NCBI GenBank assembly: GCA_963818215.1
Contig: CAWFRL010000007.1
Span: 2,587-66,586, forward strand
Length of the DNA: 64,000 nucleotides
Reading direction: 5' to 3'
Origin: Vicinamibacteria bacterium
GTDB taxonomy: Bacteria > Acidobacteriota > Vicinamibacteria > Vicinamibacterales > JAENWD01
Under the pieces are notes generated by a model. The model searched no databases, was not told the origin of the DNA, and worked only from the letters and a program-made list of their open reading frames with translations. Positions 11,653-24,326 of the stretch are shown piece after piece. The position numbers were made by a program, and so were the translations under genes. How positions within the stretch are numbered: the first letter of the stretch is position 1; each line of letters begins with the position of its first letter.

Positions 11653-12936
11653 ATGGCCAGGATGAGATTTCGCGTCGGGCTGCTCGGCGAGATCCTCGGC
11701 ATGGCCGTGGACACGCTGCGGACCAACAAGCTTCGCTCGGCGCTGACCGTGCTGGGCGTGGTCATCGGCGTGACCTCGATTGTCGGGATGACGTCGCTCA
11801 TCCGCGGCTTCGGCGATCAGTTCGAGTCGCTCATCCGTCAGATGGGGTCCGACACCATCTACGTGGCGAAGTTGAGCATCAGCAGCTTCGCCAGCGGGAA
11901 GGACTTCTGGGACGTCATGCGGCGGCCGGATCTGACGGAAGAAGACGCCGCCGCCATCAAGCTTGGCGCCCCATCAGCGAAATTCGTCGGCATGCAGCTG
12001 GGTGGCGGGCCCGGTTCCGAAGGGGTCCGCATGAGCTACAAGGGGCAGGGCACCAAGTCGATGCAGTTGATCGGCGTCGGGTCGAACTATCCGGAGACCA
12101 ACTATCTGGAAATGGCGCAGGGCCGCTTCTTCAACGAATACGAAGTGCAGCGGCGGCGCAACGTCATCGTGCTGGGCGCGGCGCCGGCCGAGACGCTGTT
12201 TCCGAATACCGATCCCGTCGGCAAGAAGATTCGCGTTGGCGCCGAAGAGTTCACGGTGCTTGGTGTCCTCAGCAAGCGGCCGTCGCTGCTGGGCGGCAAT
12301 CCCGATGAGTTCGCGGTCATCCCCATCAGCACCTACGACAAGATCTACGACCCGCCCAGGATTCGCGGGATGCTGTCGCGCTTTCTGGTGATCTCGGTCG
12401 TGCCCTACGACGGCATTCCGCGCAGCCAGCTGCAGGCCGAGGTCGAGCAGGTCATGCGCAGCCGGCACCGCCTGAAGGTCGATCAGGAAAACGACTTCGA
12501 CGTGCTGACCTCCGACGTGCTGATGCGGATTTTCGATCAGTTCACGCAAGCCGTGTCTCTGGCGCTGGTCGTGATCTCGTCGATCGCGTTGATGGTGGGC
12601 GGCATCGGCGTGATGGCGATCATGACGATTTCAGTCACCGAGCGGACGCGCGAGATCGGCGTGCGCAAGGCGCTCGGCGCGCGGCGTCGCGAGATTTTGT
12701 GGCAGTTTCTGCTCGAGGCGGTCTTCCTGACCTCCATCGGCGGGGTCCTCGGCATCGTGTTCGGCAGCGGCATCGGCTATCTCGTGCACGTGCTCACCGA
12801 CTTCCCGATCTCGCTGCCCTGGTGGTCGTTTGCCCTCGGCATCGGTTTTTCGGCGACGATCGGCATCTCGTTCGGGATGTGGCCCGCCTTCAAGGCCTCG
12901 CGCCTGGATCCAATCGACGCGTTGCGGTACGAGTAG
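11653..12936 (+). CDS. ABC transporter permease, MacB/FtsX type, paralog of the previous gene (intact, 427 aa)
   Basis: Same architecture (ERTREIGVRKALGARRREILWQFLLEA ... WPAFKASRLDPIDALRYE). Confidence 0.9.
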   Translation: MARMRFRVGLLGEILGMAVDTLRTNKLRSALTVLGVVIGVTSIVGMTSLIRGFGDQFESLIRQMGSDTIYVAKLSISSFASGKDFWDVMRRPDLTEEDAAAIKLGAPSAKFVGMQLGGGPGSEGVRMSYKGQGTKSMQLIGVGSNYPETNYLEMAQGRFFNEYEVQRRRNVIVLGAAPAETLFPNTDPVGKKIRVGAEEFTVLGVLSKRPSLLGGNPDEFAVIPISTYDKIYDPPRIRGMLSRFLVISVVPYDGIPRSQLQAEVEQVMRSRHRLKVDQENDFDVLTSDVLMRIFDQFTQAVSLALVVISSIALMVGGIGVMAIMTISVTERTREIGVRKALGARRREILWQFLLEAVFLTSIGGVLGIVFGSGIGYLVHVLTDFPISLPWWSFALGIGFSATIGISFGMWPAFKASRLDPIDALRYE

Positions 12937-13000
12937 GCGCGCCGCGACGCATGCAAGCGACAACCGGCGGAACCCTTGCGGTCCGCGCTGGTCGTGGCCC

Positions 13001-13856
13001 CTACACGGTCACGCCAAACCGCCGCACCAGGTGCTCCACTTCCCGCCTCAGGAACTGGAACGACGGGATCACGAACAGCAGTTCCTGCATCCGTGACGCG
13101 TCGTAGTCGGTCGCGATCACCTCGTCGGTGACGAAGGGGCGGCGCTCGACGCTGGCCGACAGCGAGAACGGGATCTCGCCGGTCGACGACAGGATGCCGG
13201 CGCCGAACACCTTGGTCGTGCCGCCCTCGTCGATCAATCCGAACTCGATCGAGAACCAGCTCAATCGCTTCAGCGCCAGGACCTGATCGCCGGTGGCGAC
13301 CGATACGGCGGCCTTGCCAAGCAGCGTGAGCAGCGCCGCGTAGTCGTGGTTGACCAGCGGCGGGACGTGGCCCAGGCAGTCGTGGATCATGTCCGGCTCC
13401 GGCGTGAACTCGGGCCGCGATCCGTGGCGGATGAACTGCGTGACCGGGAACCCGCCCTCGGCGATGTACGAGTAGAACGTCCGGTACGGGATGAAGCCCT
13501 CGGCCGGAATCAGGTGCATGCCGCTCACCCGCTCGAGATGCGCGCTCAGGTGGCGGAGTTGCGGGATCTCGTGCGCGCTGATGCCCAGCTCGTCTTTTGC
13601 CTGCAGGTAGATGGCGCTGGCGTACTGCCGATGCAGCGCGTCGAGATGCGGCGACACCTCGCGCCAGATCCGCTGCTCTTCGTCGGTGTACGTGATGAGC
13701 GGGGGGCCGAGCCGGCCGAGCCGATGCCGGCGGCAGAGCGTCGAACAGCTCTTCACGCCGGGCGATGTACGCCGGGTCGCCCAGACCCGGATGCCCAGGC
13801 TCGAGCTCGAGGGCCGTGATGTCGGGGGGATGCGCGTAGATGTCGTTTTCGTGCAT
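13001..13856 (-). CDS. phhA: phenylalanine-4-hydroxylase (aromatic amino acid hydroxylase); one frameshift near 13740
   Basis: TYTDEEQRIWREV, FIRHGSRPEFTPEPDMIHDCLGHVPPL, WFSIEFGLI, KVFGAGILSSTGE. The N-terminus MHENDIYAHPPDITALELEPGHPGLGDPAYIARREEL is in another frame. Confidence 0.9.
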
Positions 13857-14025
13857 TCCCGGCCTCGGTCTGGACCTCGTTCATGGATCTCCCCATCGGT
13901 TCGGCGAATGATGAAATCAGAAGAGTTGCTAATAATCATGATAAGCCCAGGGGGTTAAACGCGCAAACCGGCGCCTCCCGAGTTACCCCGGCCAAGCCTT
14001 CGCCAGCGGTGTCCAACCAGTCGTC

Positions 14026-15557
14026 ATGCCCCGCCGGCTCCTGGTCTTCCTCGTCGTGGCGGCCATTTGCGCGGTGCCCGGCTGTGCGGCACGCCAGCCG
14101 CCCGCGCCGATCCTGGATGTCGCGGCCATCGAGGCGCGTGCCGACGGTCTGGCGCGTGCGGGCTGTTACCAGTGTCTGAAGGAAGCGCTGGCGATTCTGC
14201 CGGCTGGCGCCGCGTTTGACACGCGTCGATTCCGGCTCCTCGTGCTGGCGGCCGCGCGGGTCCGCGAGTTGGGGCTCACAGGTGAACCGGACTGGCTCGC
14301 GCGCGCGCGTGATCTGGCGGGCGTGTCCCCAACCGCCGTGCAACAGCTCCTGATCGACCTGGCCTCCGCCACCGTCATGCCGCGCGGCACGCGCCCGCCG
14401 ATGCCATCCGGAGGCGCCGTCGAGCGACTGAACCGGGAGCAGCTCGGCGCACGCGCGGCGCAACAGCTTCCGTCGTTGGGTCAGACGGATGTGGCGGCGG
14501 CGTACTTTCTTCAGCACGCGGTGTGCAGCGATCTGGGGATCGCCCCGGAGGCGGTAGAAATCAGCGAGGCGATGCGGCGCGTGCCGCTGGTGGCGTACCG
14601 GATTGTCTCGTGCAGTCGAGTCGACGGCGAGGCGCTCGATGCGCTGCTGGCCGCCGAACCGCGGCTTGTCGAGCTGCACTATTTCAAGGCGACCGCGGCC
14701 TTCGTTGCCGGGGCGCTGCTGACGACCGAGCGCGAGCTGCGTGTGTTTGACGAGCGCTTCCCCGCTGCGCCGGCTTCGGCGCTGCTCAGGGGCCAGGTAT
14801 TGCTCGCGCTCGAAGAGTTCGAGGCGGCCGCAGCGGCATTTGACGTGGTGCTGGCCACCGATGCCGACCAGCCCGAGGCCCTCTTGTATCGCATGCGCGC
14901 GGTCAGCCAGTTGGGCGACGCGGCACGAGGTGAGGCTGCGGCCGATCGGCTGGTGACCCTGGGAACCTGGTATCAAGGCGAGGCCTACTACTGGCGTGCC
15001 TGGAATCGACGTGCCCTTGGGCGGCTTGACGAGGCGGCCTCGGACATCGAGACGGCCAAGCGCGTGTTGTTCAACGCCGCCGTGCCCAAGCTGGCGGGCT
15101 TCATCGCGTTCGACCGCGAGCAGCTCGACCTGGCGCCTGACGGAGCTGACGACCTCGCGCGAGCGCAACGGCAACGACTGCGAGGTGATCTTCGCGATCG
15201 GGCAAGTGCACGCACGACGCGGGCGCTGGGCCGAGGCCGCCGAGTCGTTCACGGCAACGATCGGGTGCACGCAAGCCGCCCAGGCCGCGCGCGCACGCGG
15301 ATGGACGAGATTGCGGTTGCGCCGTTGGACCCGCCGCGTCGCGCCCGTCTCCAGGCCGCGCCGAACGCGACCGCGCCACCGAGCACACCCGCGAAGGGCT
15401 TGCGACGTTCAATGCCGCAACCGCACACGTGCTGGCGGGCGATGCCGACCACGCGCGGCCCCTGGCCGAACGGGCCCTGGCCTGGCAACAATGGGCGGGG
15501 AAGGCAAAGGAGCTGCTCGACGGGCTCCCGGCACGCCGGAACGACCGCCGGAACTGA
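14026..15557 (+). CDS. hypothetical TPR-like lipoprotein; at least 2 frameshifts in the last third
   Basis: Lipobox MPRRLLVFLVVAAICAVPGCA. Ala/Leu-rich helical repeats. The tail ...AERALAWQQWAGKAKELLDGL is in a high-GC3 frame and ends at 15557. Confidence 0.55.
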
Positions 15558-15762
15558 ACCAGCCTTCCGCCAAGCGCCCTGAACGTAATCGTCTCGTCCT
15601 CGTCCACCGCCCCCTTCGGGTATAAGATCCGGCCCATGTAACTGGTCAGACCGCTTTCGTCGTCCTTTGCGTCCGTCCCGCCTTCGCCTTCGGCGTTCGG
15701 CGGGCAAGCAGCAGTGCTGAGTAACGGCCCCCGGAGACACCCGGGAGCGGAGGATAGCCGCC

Positions 15763-17859
15763 ATGAAGGCATACGACTCTGGGAGTATCCGCAACGTCGC
15801 TGTCGTCGGACACGGCGGGGCGGGCAAGACCCAGCTGATCGCCGCCCTGCTCTATACCGCTGGAGCGACGCCCCGCCTGGGGCGTGTCGACGATGGGACG
15901 ACGGTCACCGACTACGACGACGAAGAAATCGCAAGAAAGCACACCCTGTCGGCCAGCCTCGCCTGGGCCGAGTGGAACAAGACCAAGATCAATTTCATCG
16001 ACACGCCGGGCATGGGCAACTTCCTGTCCGATGCGCGCGCCGGCCTGCGCGTCGCCGACGCGGCGCTGGTCGTCGTCGACGCCGTCTCCGGCGTCGAGGT
16101 GCAGACCGAGAAAGTGTGGGCCGAAGCCGATGCGCTCGGGCTGCCGCGCCTGGTCGTCGTCAACCGCCTCGATCGCGAGCGCTCCAGCCTCGATCGCACG
16201 CTGGCCTCGGTGCGCGAAGCCTTGAGCCGCACGATCATCCCCGTGCAGTTGCCCATCGGCGAGGAACGGGGTTTCAGCGGCGTCATCGACCTGGTCGGCA
16301 TGAAGGCGTGGACGTATGCGTCAGACGGCAGCGGCAAGGCGACGGAGGGCCCGGTGCCCTTCGAGCTGAGCGAGGTCGCCGGCACCGCCCGCGAGCAACT
16401 GATCGAGATGGTGGCCGAGGCCGACGACGCGCTGATGGAGCGTTTCTTCGAGGCCGGCACGCTCACCCAGGACGAACTGCTCGACGGGCTTCGCAAGGCA
16501 GTGCTCTCGGGAAAGGTGGCGCCGCTGCTGTGCGCCTCGGGCCTGGCCGCGATCGGCACATCCGCGCTGCTCGACGCGCTGGTCGGGTACGTGCCCTCGC
16601 CCGTCGATCGGCCGTTCACGGCGACCGACTCGAAGTCGAAGGCCGAGGTGACGCACACGCCCGATGCCGCCGGTCCGTACACGGCCTTCGTGTGGAAGAC
16701 GGTGGCCGACCCCTTCGCCGGCCGCATCACGCTGTTCCGCATCATGACGGGCACGCTCAAGGCCGACACGCAGCGTGCACAACCTCACGCGCGACACCAG
16801 CGAGCGGATCGGGCACCTCACCGTGATGCAGGGCAAGACGCCGACCAACGTGCCCGAGCTGAAGGCCGGCGACATCGGCGCCGTCGCCAAGTTGAAGGAC
16901 ACGCTGACCAACGACACGCTGGCGGAGAAGGGCGGGCTGGCGATCCCGCCCATCAGTTTCCCCGAACCCGTGCTGTCGTACGCGATCGAGCCCAAGACGC
17001 GCGGCGACGAGGACAAGATCAGCACCGCGATGCACCGGCTGGAGGAAGAGGACCCGACCATCCGGTACGCGCGCGACCCGCAGACCAAGGAACTGCTGCT
17101 GTCGGGCCAGGGCCAGCTGCACATCGAGGTGACCGTCGCCAAGCTCAAGCGGCGATTCGGCGTCGAGGTGAACCTCAAGCCGCCCCGCATCCCGTATCGC
17201 GAGACCATCACCGTGCCGGTCGAGGCGCACGGCCGCCACAAGAAGCAGACGGGCGGCCACGGGCAGTTCGGCGACTGCAAGATCCGGATGGAGCCGATGG
17301 CGCGCGGCAGCGACTTCGAGTTCGCCGACGACATCTTCGGCGGCTCCATTCCGCGCCAGTTCGTGCCGCCGTCGAAAAGGGCATCCAGGATTCGCGGATG
17401 CGCGGGTACCTGGCGGGGTACCCGGTCGTGGACTTCAAGGTCACGGTGTTCGACGGCTCGTACCACCAGGTGGACAGCAACGAGATGTCGTTCAAGATGG
17501 CCGGATCGCTGGCCTTCAAGGACGGCATGAGCCGCGCCAGGCCGACGATTCTCGAGCCGGTGATGACGGTCGAGATCTACGCGCCAAGCGACTACGCCGG
17601 CGACCTGATGGGCGATCTCAACGGGCGGCGCGGCCGCATCAGCGGCATGGACACGCGCGGCGCCACGACGGTGATTCGCGCCCAGGTGCCGATGGCCGAG
17701 ATGCTCACCTACGAGCAGCAGCTGACCTCCGCCACCGGCGGGCGCGGCTCGTATCACATGGAGTACTCGCACTACGAGGAAGTGCCCAGCCACCAGCAGC
17801 AGAAGATCATCGCCGCGGCCAAGGCCGAACGGGCGGGGGTCGAGGTCGAGGAAGTCTAG
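15763..17859 (+). CDS. elongation factor G paralog (EF-G2-like); two compensating frameshifts (about 16770 and 17375)
   Basis: G1 VVGHGGAGKTQL, FIDTPGMGNF, VVNRLDRE. Domains III-V are present (GDEDKISTAMHRLEEEDPTIRY, RETITVPVEAHGRHKKQTGGHGQFGD, VTVFDGSYHQVDSNEMSFKMAG). A canonical fusA is at 52092-54208. Confidence 0.85.
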   Translation: MKAYDSGSIRNVAVVGHGGAGKTQLIAALLYTAGATPRLGRVDDGTTVTDYDDEEIARKHTLSASLAWAEWNKTKINFIDTPGMGNFLSDARAGLRVADAALVVVDAVSGVEVQTEKVWAEADALGLPRLVVVNRLDRERSSLDRTLASVREALSRTIIPVQLPIGEERGFSGVIDLVGMKAWTYASDGSGKATEGPVPFELSEVAGTAREQLIEMVAEADDALMERFFEAGTLTQDELLDGLRKAVLSGKVAPLLCASGLAAIGTSALLDALVGYVPSPVDRPFTATDSKSKAEVTHTPDAAGPYTAFVWKTVADPFAGRITLFRIMTGTLKADTQRAQPHARHQRADRAPHRDAGQDADQRARAEGRRHRRRRQVEGHADQRHAGGEGRAGDPAHQFPRTRAVVRDRAQDARRRGQDQHRDAPAGGRGPDHPVRARPADQGTAAVGPGPAAHRGDRRQAQAAIRRRGEPQAAPHPVSRDHHRAGRGARPPQEADGRPRAVRRLQDPDGADGARQRLRVRRRHLRRLHSAPVRAAVEKGIQDSRMRGYLAGYPVVDFKVTVFDGSYHQVDSNEMSFKMAGSLAFKDGMSRARPTILEPVMTVEIYAPSDYAGDLMGDLNGRRGRISGMDTRGATTVIRAQVPMAEMLTYEQQLTSATGGRGSYHMEYSHYEEVPSHQQQKIIAAAKAERAGVEVEEV

Positions 17860-17905
17860 TCCGAGGGTGCGCGGTGGCGGGTGCAAAGCCCGGACCCTTC
17901 GGCCG

Positions 17906-18590
17906 CTACTTCTCGAACACCACGTTATCCACGATCAGCATGCCCTTGGTCGGCCGGCATTCGTCGCAATAGGCGAGATGGTGACGGCGGTCAGGTTCTT
18001 CAGCACGTCCTTCGGGTCGATTCGCGTGTCGGTCACCCAGGACGGCTGCGCGAACTTCTTCAGCTCGACTCGATAGGTATTGAGCCCTGCTTGGGCAGGA
18101 ACGTGATCTGCGGGTTGGCCGTATTGTCGCTGCCTTGCCCGCGGCTCAGCATCTCCACTCGGATGCCGGCGACGCCCGTCGCAAACACCTGCATCGAAAG
18201 TGTCTTGTATCCGCTGACGTCGTCGCAGCGGCGAGCCATCCTGATCGGGCTGTCCCTTGATCTCCAGCGTGACGCCCGACCACTGGTTGGGCGTCAGCAG
18301 CTCGAAATCGAACTTGCCGAGCCGATTGGGGTCGTCGGCCTTGATTCGGACCAGCTCGGGTGCCGGCGGGTCCACGCCGGTGCGCCTCGAAACGGCGGGC
18401 GGTGCGTGTTCTCCGAATAGCCGAACAGCTGCATCGCGCCGCCTCTGGCGCTGACGGCGCGACCGTCGTGGACCTGCTCGAAATCCGCGTAGACCAGTTT
18501 GTCGGACGACTGCGCCGACAGCGTCCACGCCCATCCGCACGCCAATGCCGCGGCCATCAGCGTCAGCCATGTGCTGCCCTGCCGTCCCAT
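17906..18590 (-). CDS. secreted hypothetical protein, possibly CIA30/CBM-like beta-sandwich (tentative); at least 3 frameshifts
   Basis: Signal peptide MGRQGSTWLTLMAAALACGWAWTLSAQS, then KLVYADFEQ, FDFELLTPNQWSGVTLEIKG, YRVELKKFAQPSWV, and C-terminus MLIVDNVVFEK. Confidence 0.4.
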
Positions 18591-18669
18591 CTACTGCCTC
18601 CACTCGAAGGGTGCGCCGCGCATCCTAGCACGGGCACCTCTCGATGGCAATCGCCTCACGCGACGGACG

Positions 18670-19191
18670 CTAAGTCTCGATGGCGTCATGGAGACGGACG
18701 GCTCTGTCGTCACGGATGGACTGACCGGCGACCCCTCGCACGCGGTGCCCCAGACACCGATTCGACTCATAGTCGCTGGCGGCGGGGTTGGTCGAATACG
18801 CCTGCGCGAACACCCGATAGCGGCCCGGGGGCAGCGGCGTGCGTGGGCTCACCCGGCCCGGCGACACTGGGCCCATCAGCACCTGGCATTTCGGCGTCGG
18901 CCTGGGGCCGGTGCCAGGCTCGGCGTAGGGGCCGTCGAACAGCTGCTCGCAGTCAGTCTTGGTGAGCCACAGATCCTGCCCGCCGACGCGATTGGGCAAG
19001 GCCACCTGCGAGAGGTCGATGGCCAGATCCGGTTGGTCCGGCACGTCGACGTCCTGGATGTCGGCGGCGCCACAGCAGGCCACTTGTCGCACACCCGGCT
19101 CGAGTCGAGTCACGATGCGGAACGCGCAGGGCGTGTCGCAGCCGCCCGCGAGCACGATCGCTGCCACGACCGCCAATCGTCCGATGGTCAC
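18670..19191 (-). CDS. small hypothetical lipoprotein (single frame, GTG start inferred)
   Basis: VTIGRLAVVAAIVLAGGCDTP lipobox, followed by a Cys-containing soluble part in a high-GC3 frame. Confidence 0.5.
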   Translation of the reverse strand: MTIGRLAVVAAIVLAGGCDTPCAFRIVTRLEPGVRQVACCGAADIQDVDVPDQPDLAIDLSQVALPNRVGGQDLWLTKTDCEQLFDGPYAEPGTGPRPTPKCQVLMGPVSPGRVSPRTPLPPGRYRVFAQAYSTNPAASDYESNRCLGHRVRGVAGQSIRDDRAVRLHDAIET

Positions 19192-19679
19192 GCCCGTTCG
19201 CGGTAGAAAGCAATCAGGTCGAGGCTCCTGGCCGGCGCGGCCCCGATCTGCCGCAACATCGTGGTGACCTGCCCGCGATGATAGCTGGCGTGATTCACGA
19301 GGTGCTGGACCATCTGCCAGAGCGGCGAGCGCCCGCGGCTCCGGCAAGCGATTTGTATTCGTAGACGCGGTGAAGCCCGTCTTCGCCGGCGGCGTCGACG
19401 TACTCGCGCACCTGCCGTTCGAGCTCCGTCCATCGCGCACGCAGCGTGGCGACGTCGGGAAACTCTCCCGCCTGGCTGAGTGCTGTCGGCGACACGCCGT
19501 TCCATCGCGAGTGCCACGCCCATTCGGCTGCAAACAAATGCACCAGCGTGTCGTGGATGGACCTGAAGCTGCTGCCCATGTCGCGCGTGCGCTGCTCGTC
19601 GGTCAGCGGCTCGACGCGGCCAGCAGCCGGTCCCGGGCCCAGTAGTGATAGTCGAGCAGCGCCCGTATGTCGTCGATCG

Positions 19680-19683
<4 letters not shown>
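19188..19683 (-). CDS. DinB-family (four-helix bundle) protein; about 2 frameshifts
   Basis: LLDYHYWARDRLL, SIHDTLVHLFAAEWAWHSRW, MVQHLVNHASYHRGQVTTMLRQIG. Confidence 0.75.
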
Positions 19684-21095
<1,412 letters not shown>

Positions 21096-21190
21096 ATGGA
21101 ACTCCGGCCCTCTCGCACCACGCCAATCGTGACCGAGGGACAACATTCCATAGGACCACCGCCCTCAGGCGCCGCGCGGGGTCTCCAGGC

Positions 21191-21622
21191 TCACGAACTC
21201 GGGTTCGAGCGAGTGTCGTCGAGGCGTAATCGGACCAGTGTGATCGGCAGACTGAACCGCCGCGGGCCTGCGCTGCCAGGATTGAGGTAGAGCACCCCGC
21301 GACGGACCTCGGCGGAGGGCTCGTGCGAGTGCCCATAGATCACGGCCGCAAAGCCCGCCGCGCCCGGGTCGAGATCGAGGTGCTCGATCTGGTGAAGGAC
21401 GTAGAGGTGGCGTCCGGCCGCCTCCACGACTTCGGTCACCGGCAGGGTTCCGGCCCAGGGCGCGGTGTCGACGTTGCCGCGTACGGCGACCACCGGCGCG
21501 ATGCGCCCGAGCGCCTCCAGGATCGCCGGCGCGCCGACGTCGCCCGCGTGGATGATGAGCGTGCTGCCCTTCAGCGCGTCGAGGGCTTCTGGACGCAGCA
21601 GGCCGTGCGTGTCCGAAATCAC
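21191..21622 (-). CDS. YfcE/MJ0936-family metallophosphoesterase (single frame; GTG start overlaps the upstream stop as GTGA)
   Basis: ISDTHG, IIHAGDV, VRGNVD, IYGHSHEP, LNPGS. Confidence 0.8.
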   Translation of the reverse strand: MISDTHGLLRPEALDALKGSTLIIHAGDVGAPAILEALGRIAPVVAVRGNVDTAPWAGTLPVTEVVEAAGRHLYVLHQIEHLDLDPGAAGFAAVIYGHSHEPSAEVRRGVLYLNPGSAGPRRFSLPITLVRLRLDDTRSNPSS

Positions 21623-22615
21623 TCCGATCTGCGTTGTCCAGCCGATCCCGCTACCGCGCGATCCGCCCCGGACGAATGCCCGCAATCCTCGTAGCCGCTT
21701 CCTACGGCGCCGACCACGGCCGTGGCGCGGGTGAGACCGACAAGCGCGCGCAGCCGGTACAGCGCCTCGATGCCCGTGCAATGCGCGCCGAGCAGATGGG
21801 TGACGCCGGCGGCCCGCATCCGCTCGGCGGTCCACGCCAGGTGCGGCTCGTCGGCCGCGAGCAGGTGGAGCCCGCCGATGACGGCCCGCACGGACGCGGC
21901 GCTCTGGAGCGTTCGCGCGTAAGCGAGGATGTTGCCGATGCCGGCGTGGCCGCAGCCAGTGACGACGCTGAGACCGCGCGATGTGCGCACGAGCAGCGCC
22001 TGGTCCTCCGGCAACGTGTCCTCGACAAGCCCCCCGGGGCCGGCGATCTTCAACGAGCCGCTCCAGTTGCGCTCCGGAAACGCCCGCGGCACCGGGCCCG
22101 TGAGCCAGACACCAGGCTGTAGTTCTACCGGGCCGTCGTGCTCGATGAAGCGCCCGCCGGTTGCCTCGTAGGCCACTCTCGTGGCGACCATCGGGTTGGC
22201 TTCCGCCTCGCCGGTGGCGCGACGCGGCCGGAACATGCCCGCCGCGACGTGCACACGCGAGAGCGCGGCGGGGTTCTTCGCGACCAGCGCCTTGCGCAAC
22301 GTGACCAGGCCTCCGGTGTGATCCAGGTGGTGGTGGCTGAGGATCACGTTGGTGATCGAGGCGAGGTCGACGCGGAGTTCCTCGGCGTTGCGAAGCACGG
22401 TCTCGGGTCTGGCGCCGGTGTCGAACAGCCAGCGCCGCCCGTCGACCTCGACGACGGCCGCAAAGCCCCACTCGCCGATCCCCTGGATGTCGGCCAGCAT
22501 CGTCGACAGCACGGTGAGCGACAGCGTCTGTGCGGTGGCACCTCGCGGGTGGCGCCTGCGCGGCGGCGCGGGCACCAGCAGGTCGAAGCGGCGAAGAACG
22601 CGGTTATAACGCCAT
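21619..22615 (-). CDS. MBL-fold metallohydrolase; frameshift(s) in the N-terminal signal-like region
   Basis: ILSHHHLDHTGGL, VVTGCGHAGIGN, LGAHCTG. The ATG at 22615 is followed within 3 codons by a frame change. Confidence 0.8.
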
Positions 22616-22619
22616 GTCG

Positions 22620-23153
<534 letters not shown>

Positions 23154-23157
<4 letters not shown>

Positions 23158-23640
23158 CGACTCGATCCTTTCGCGGCCGGGCGTCGCGTACGTCGCCTCG
23201 CCGAGACCGACTTTATTAACACCTGCCCTCCCCTTTTTTGGAAGGCCGTCGATGCCTGGGCCACCGCCTGATTGATGAGCGAGGCCACGTAGGGCTCCGC
23301 AAATATTTTTGGCGTGTTTCAAGACCAGGTGACGGGCCTGGCGGCCGCTGCCCTTGAGACGTTTCTCGGGATTCGGCAAGCTGGCACCCCAGAGGAAGAA
23401 GAGGCTGACCCAACGTGGAAAGAACGCAATCGAGACAACGGCCTCCGAGGCCTTCTCCGTCGGGCCAAACCCAACAGCCAGCGCGTTGTATTTGTCGTAG
23501 ACCAGCACGTGGGCACCAGGCAGGCGCTTGCGCAAGGGCGCTTATCGCCTTGTTGCCGACCGTGTAAGCGACAACGGGATCGTATTGCGCGATGAACTGA
23601 GCAAGGCGTTTCGTTGTGTTTGTTATTGTCGCGACGTTGT
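23154..23640 (-). CDS. DUF1801 (YdhG-like) domain protein; at least 2 frameshifts, start uncertain; lower GC than its surroundings
   Basis: LPGAHVLVYDKYNALAVGFGPTEKASEAVVSIAFFPRWVSLFFLWGASLPNPEKRLKGSGRQARHLVL, then EPYVASLINQAVAQA...VLIKSVSARRRTRRP in another frame. Confidence 0.6.
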
Positions 23641-24011
23641 CAGCTGTAATCTTTACCTGCGCGGCCAGCCGCTTTGGCGCGACCAACAAGTACCCCTCGC
23701 GCAGCAGGCGCTCGATCTTCATCCCAGTCGGCCACATCGTCGAGGTAGAGACCGATCGAGCCGCTCGGCCCGACGTAGGGAGGCACGAACACGCGCTGGG
23801 GCGCCGACCGCACGAGCAGGTCCTGGTTCACCGGCAGCGCCTTCACCCAGGCGGCGTAGCGGCCACGACCGTGATGATTCGCCGCGCTGGCAAACGTCGC
23901 GAACATCTTGTTGCGGACGCGGAAGGTCGGCTCCCCCCACGCGATGACTTCGTGAGCTTCTGGCAGCGCGAGGCACAGCCGGCGAAGACGCGAAAGCGGG
24001 CTGGCGGCCAT
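23640..24011 (-). CDS. MmcQ/YjbR-family protein; frameshift near the C-terminus, true stop unclear
   Basis: MAASPLSRLRRLCLALPEAHEVIAWGEPTFRVRNKMFATFA, VFVPPYVGPSGSIGLYLD, C-terminus IERLLREGYLLVAPKRL. Confidence 0.65.
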   Translation of the reverse strand: MAASPLSRLRRLCLALPEAHEVIAWGEPTFRVRNKMFATFASAANHHGRGRYAAWVKALPVNQDLLVRSAPQRVFVPPYVGPSGSIGLYLDDVADWDEDRAPAARGVLVGRAKAAGRAGKDYS

Positions 24012-24016
24012 GACGA

Positions 24017-24326
24017 TCAGCGTCCCGCTGCTCGGCGAGCCCTGCGCGCCGCCACCCAGCCATGTGGCCGTCGAGCAGGCAGACGTTGCCGGACGCCTCG
24101 CCAGCGAAACAGCGCTCCCGCAATCCAGGCGCGCGGGCCGTGGCCGCAATACACGACGACGGCGTCGACGAAGCGGGCGCCGGCAACGGCCTGAACGCCG
24201 CCGCCCAGAACGGAAGGTGAACGGCGCCTGGACATGCCCGCGCCGGGACTCGAAGGCCGACCGCACGTCGACGACCACCGTGTCGGGTTGGGCCGCGCGC
24301 TCGCGAGGCAAGTCGACTGCGCGCAT
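24017..24326 (-). CDS. single-domain rhodanese sulfurtransferase; at least 3 frameshifts
   Basis: VVVDVRSAFE..RRGHVPGAVHLPF, active-site loop VVVYCGHGPRA, LLDGHMAGW. The pieces are in three frames. Confidence 0.65.

Noticed and set aside
13857-14025. AT-richer divergent promoter region between phhA and the TPR lipoprotein gene, including a near-palindrome ATAATCATGATAAG
   Set aside because: I could not find a -35/-10 pair with acceptable spacing on either strand, and the palindrome arms do not match. The region is left unannotated.
17860-17905. Bidirectional intrinsic terminator between the convergent EF-G2 and secreted-protein genes
   Set aside because: The inverted repeat (CCGAGGGT ... 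ACCCTTCGG) is imperfect and there is no T/A tract, so it is too weak to call.
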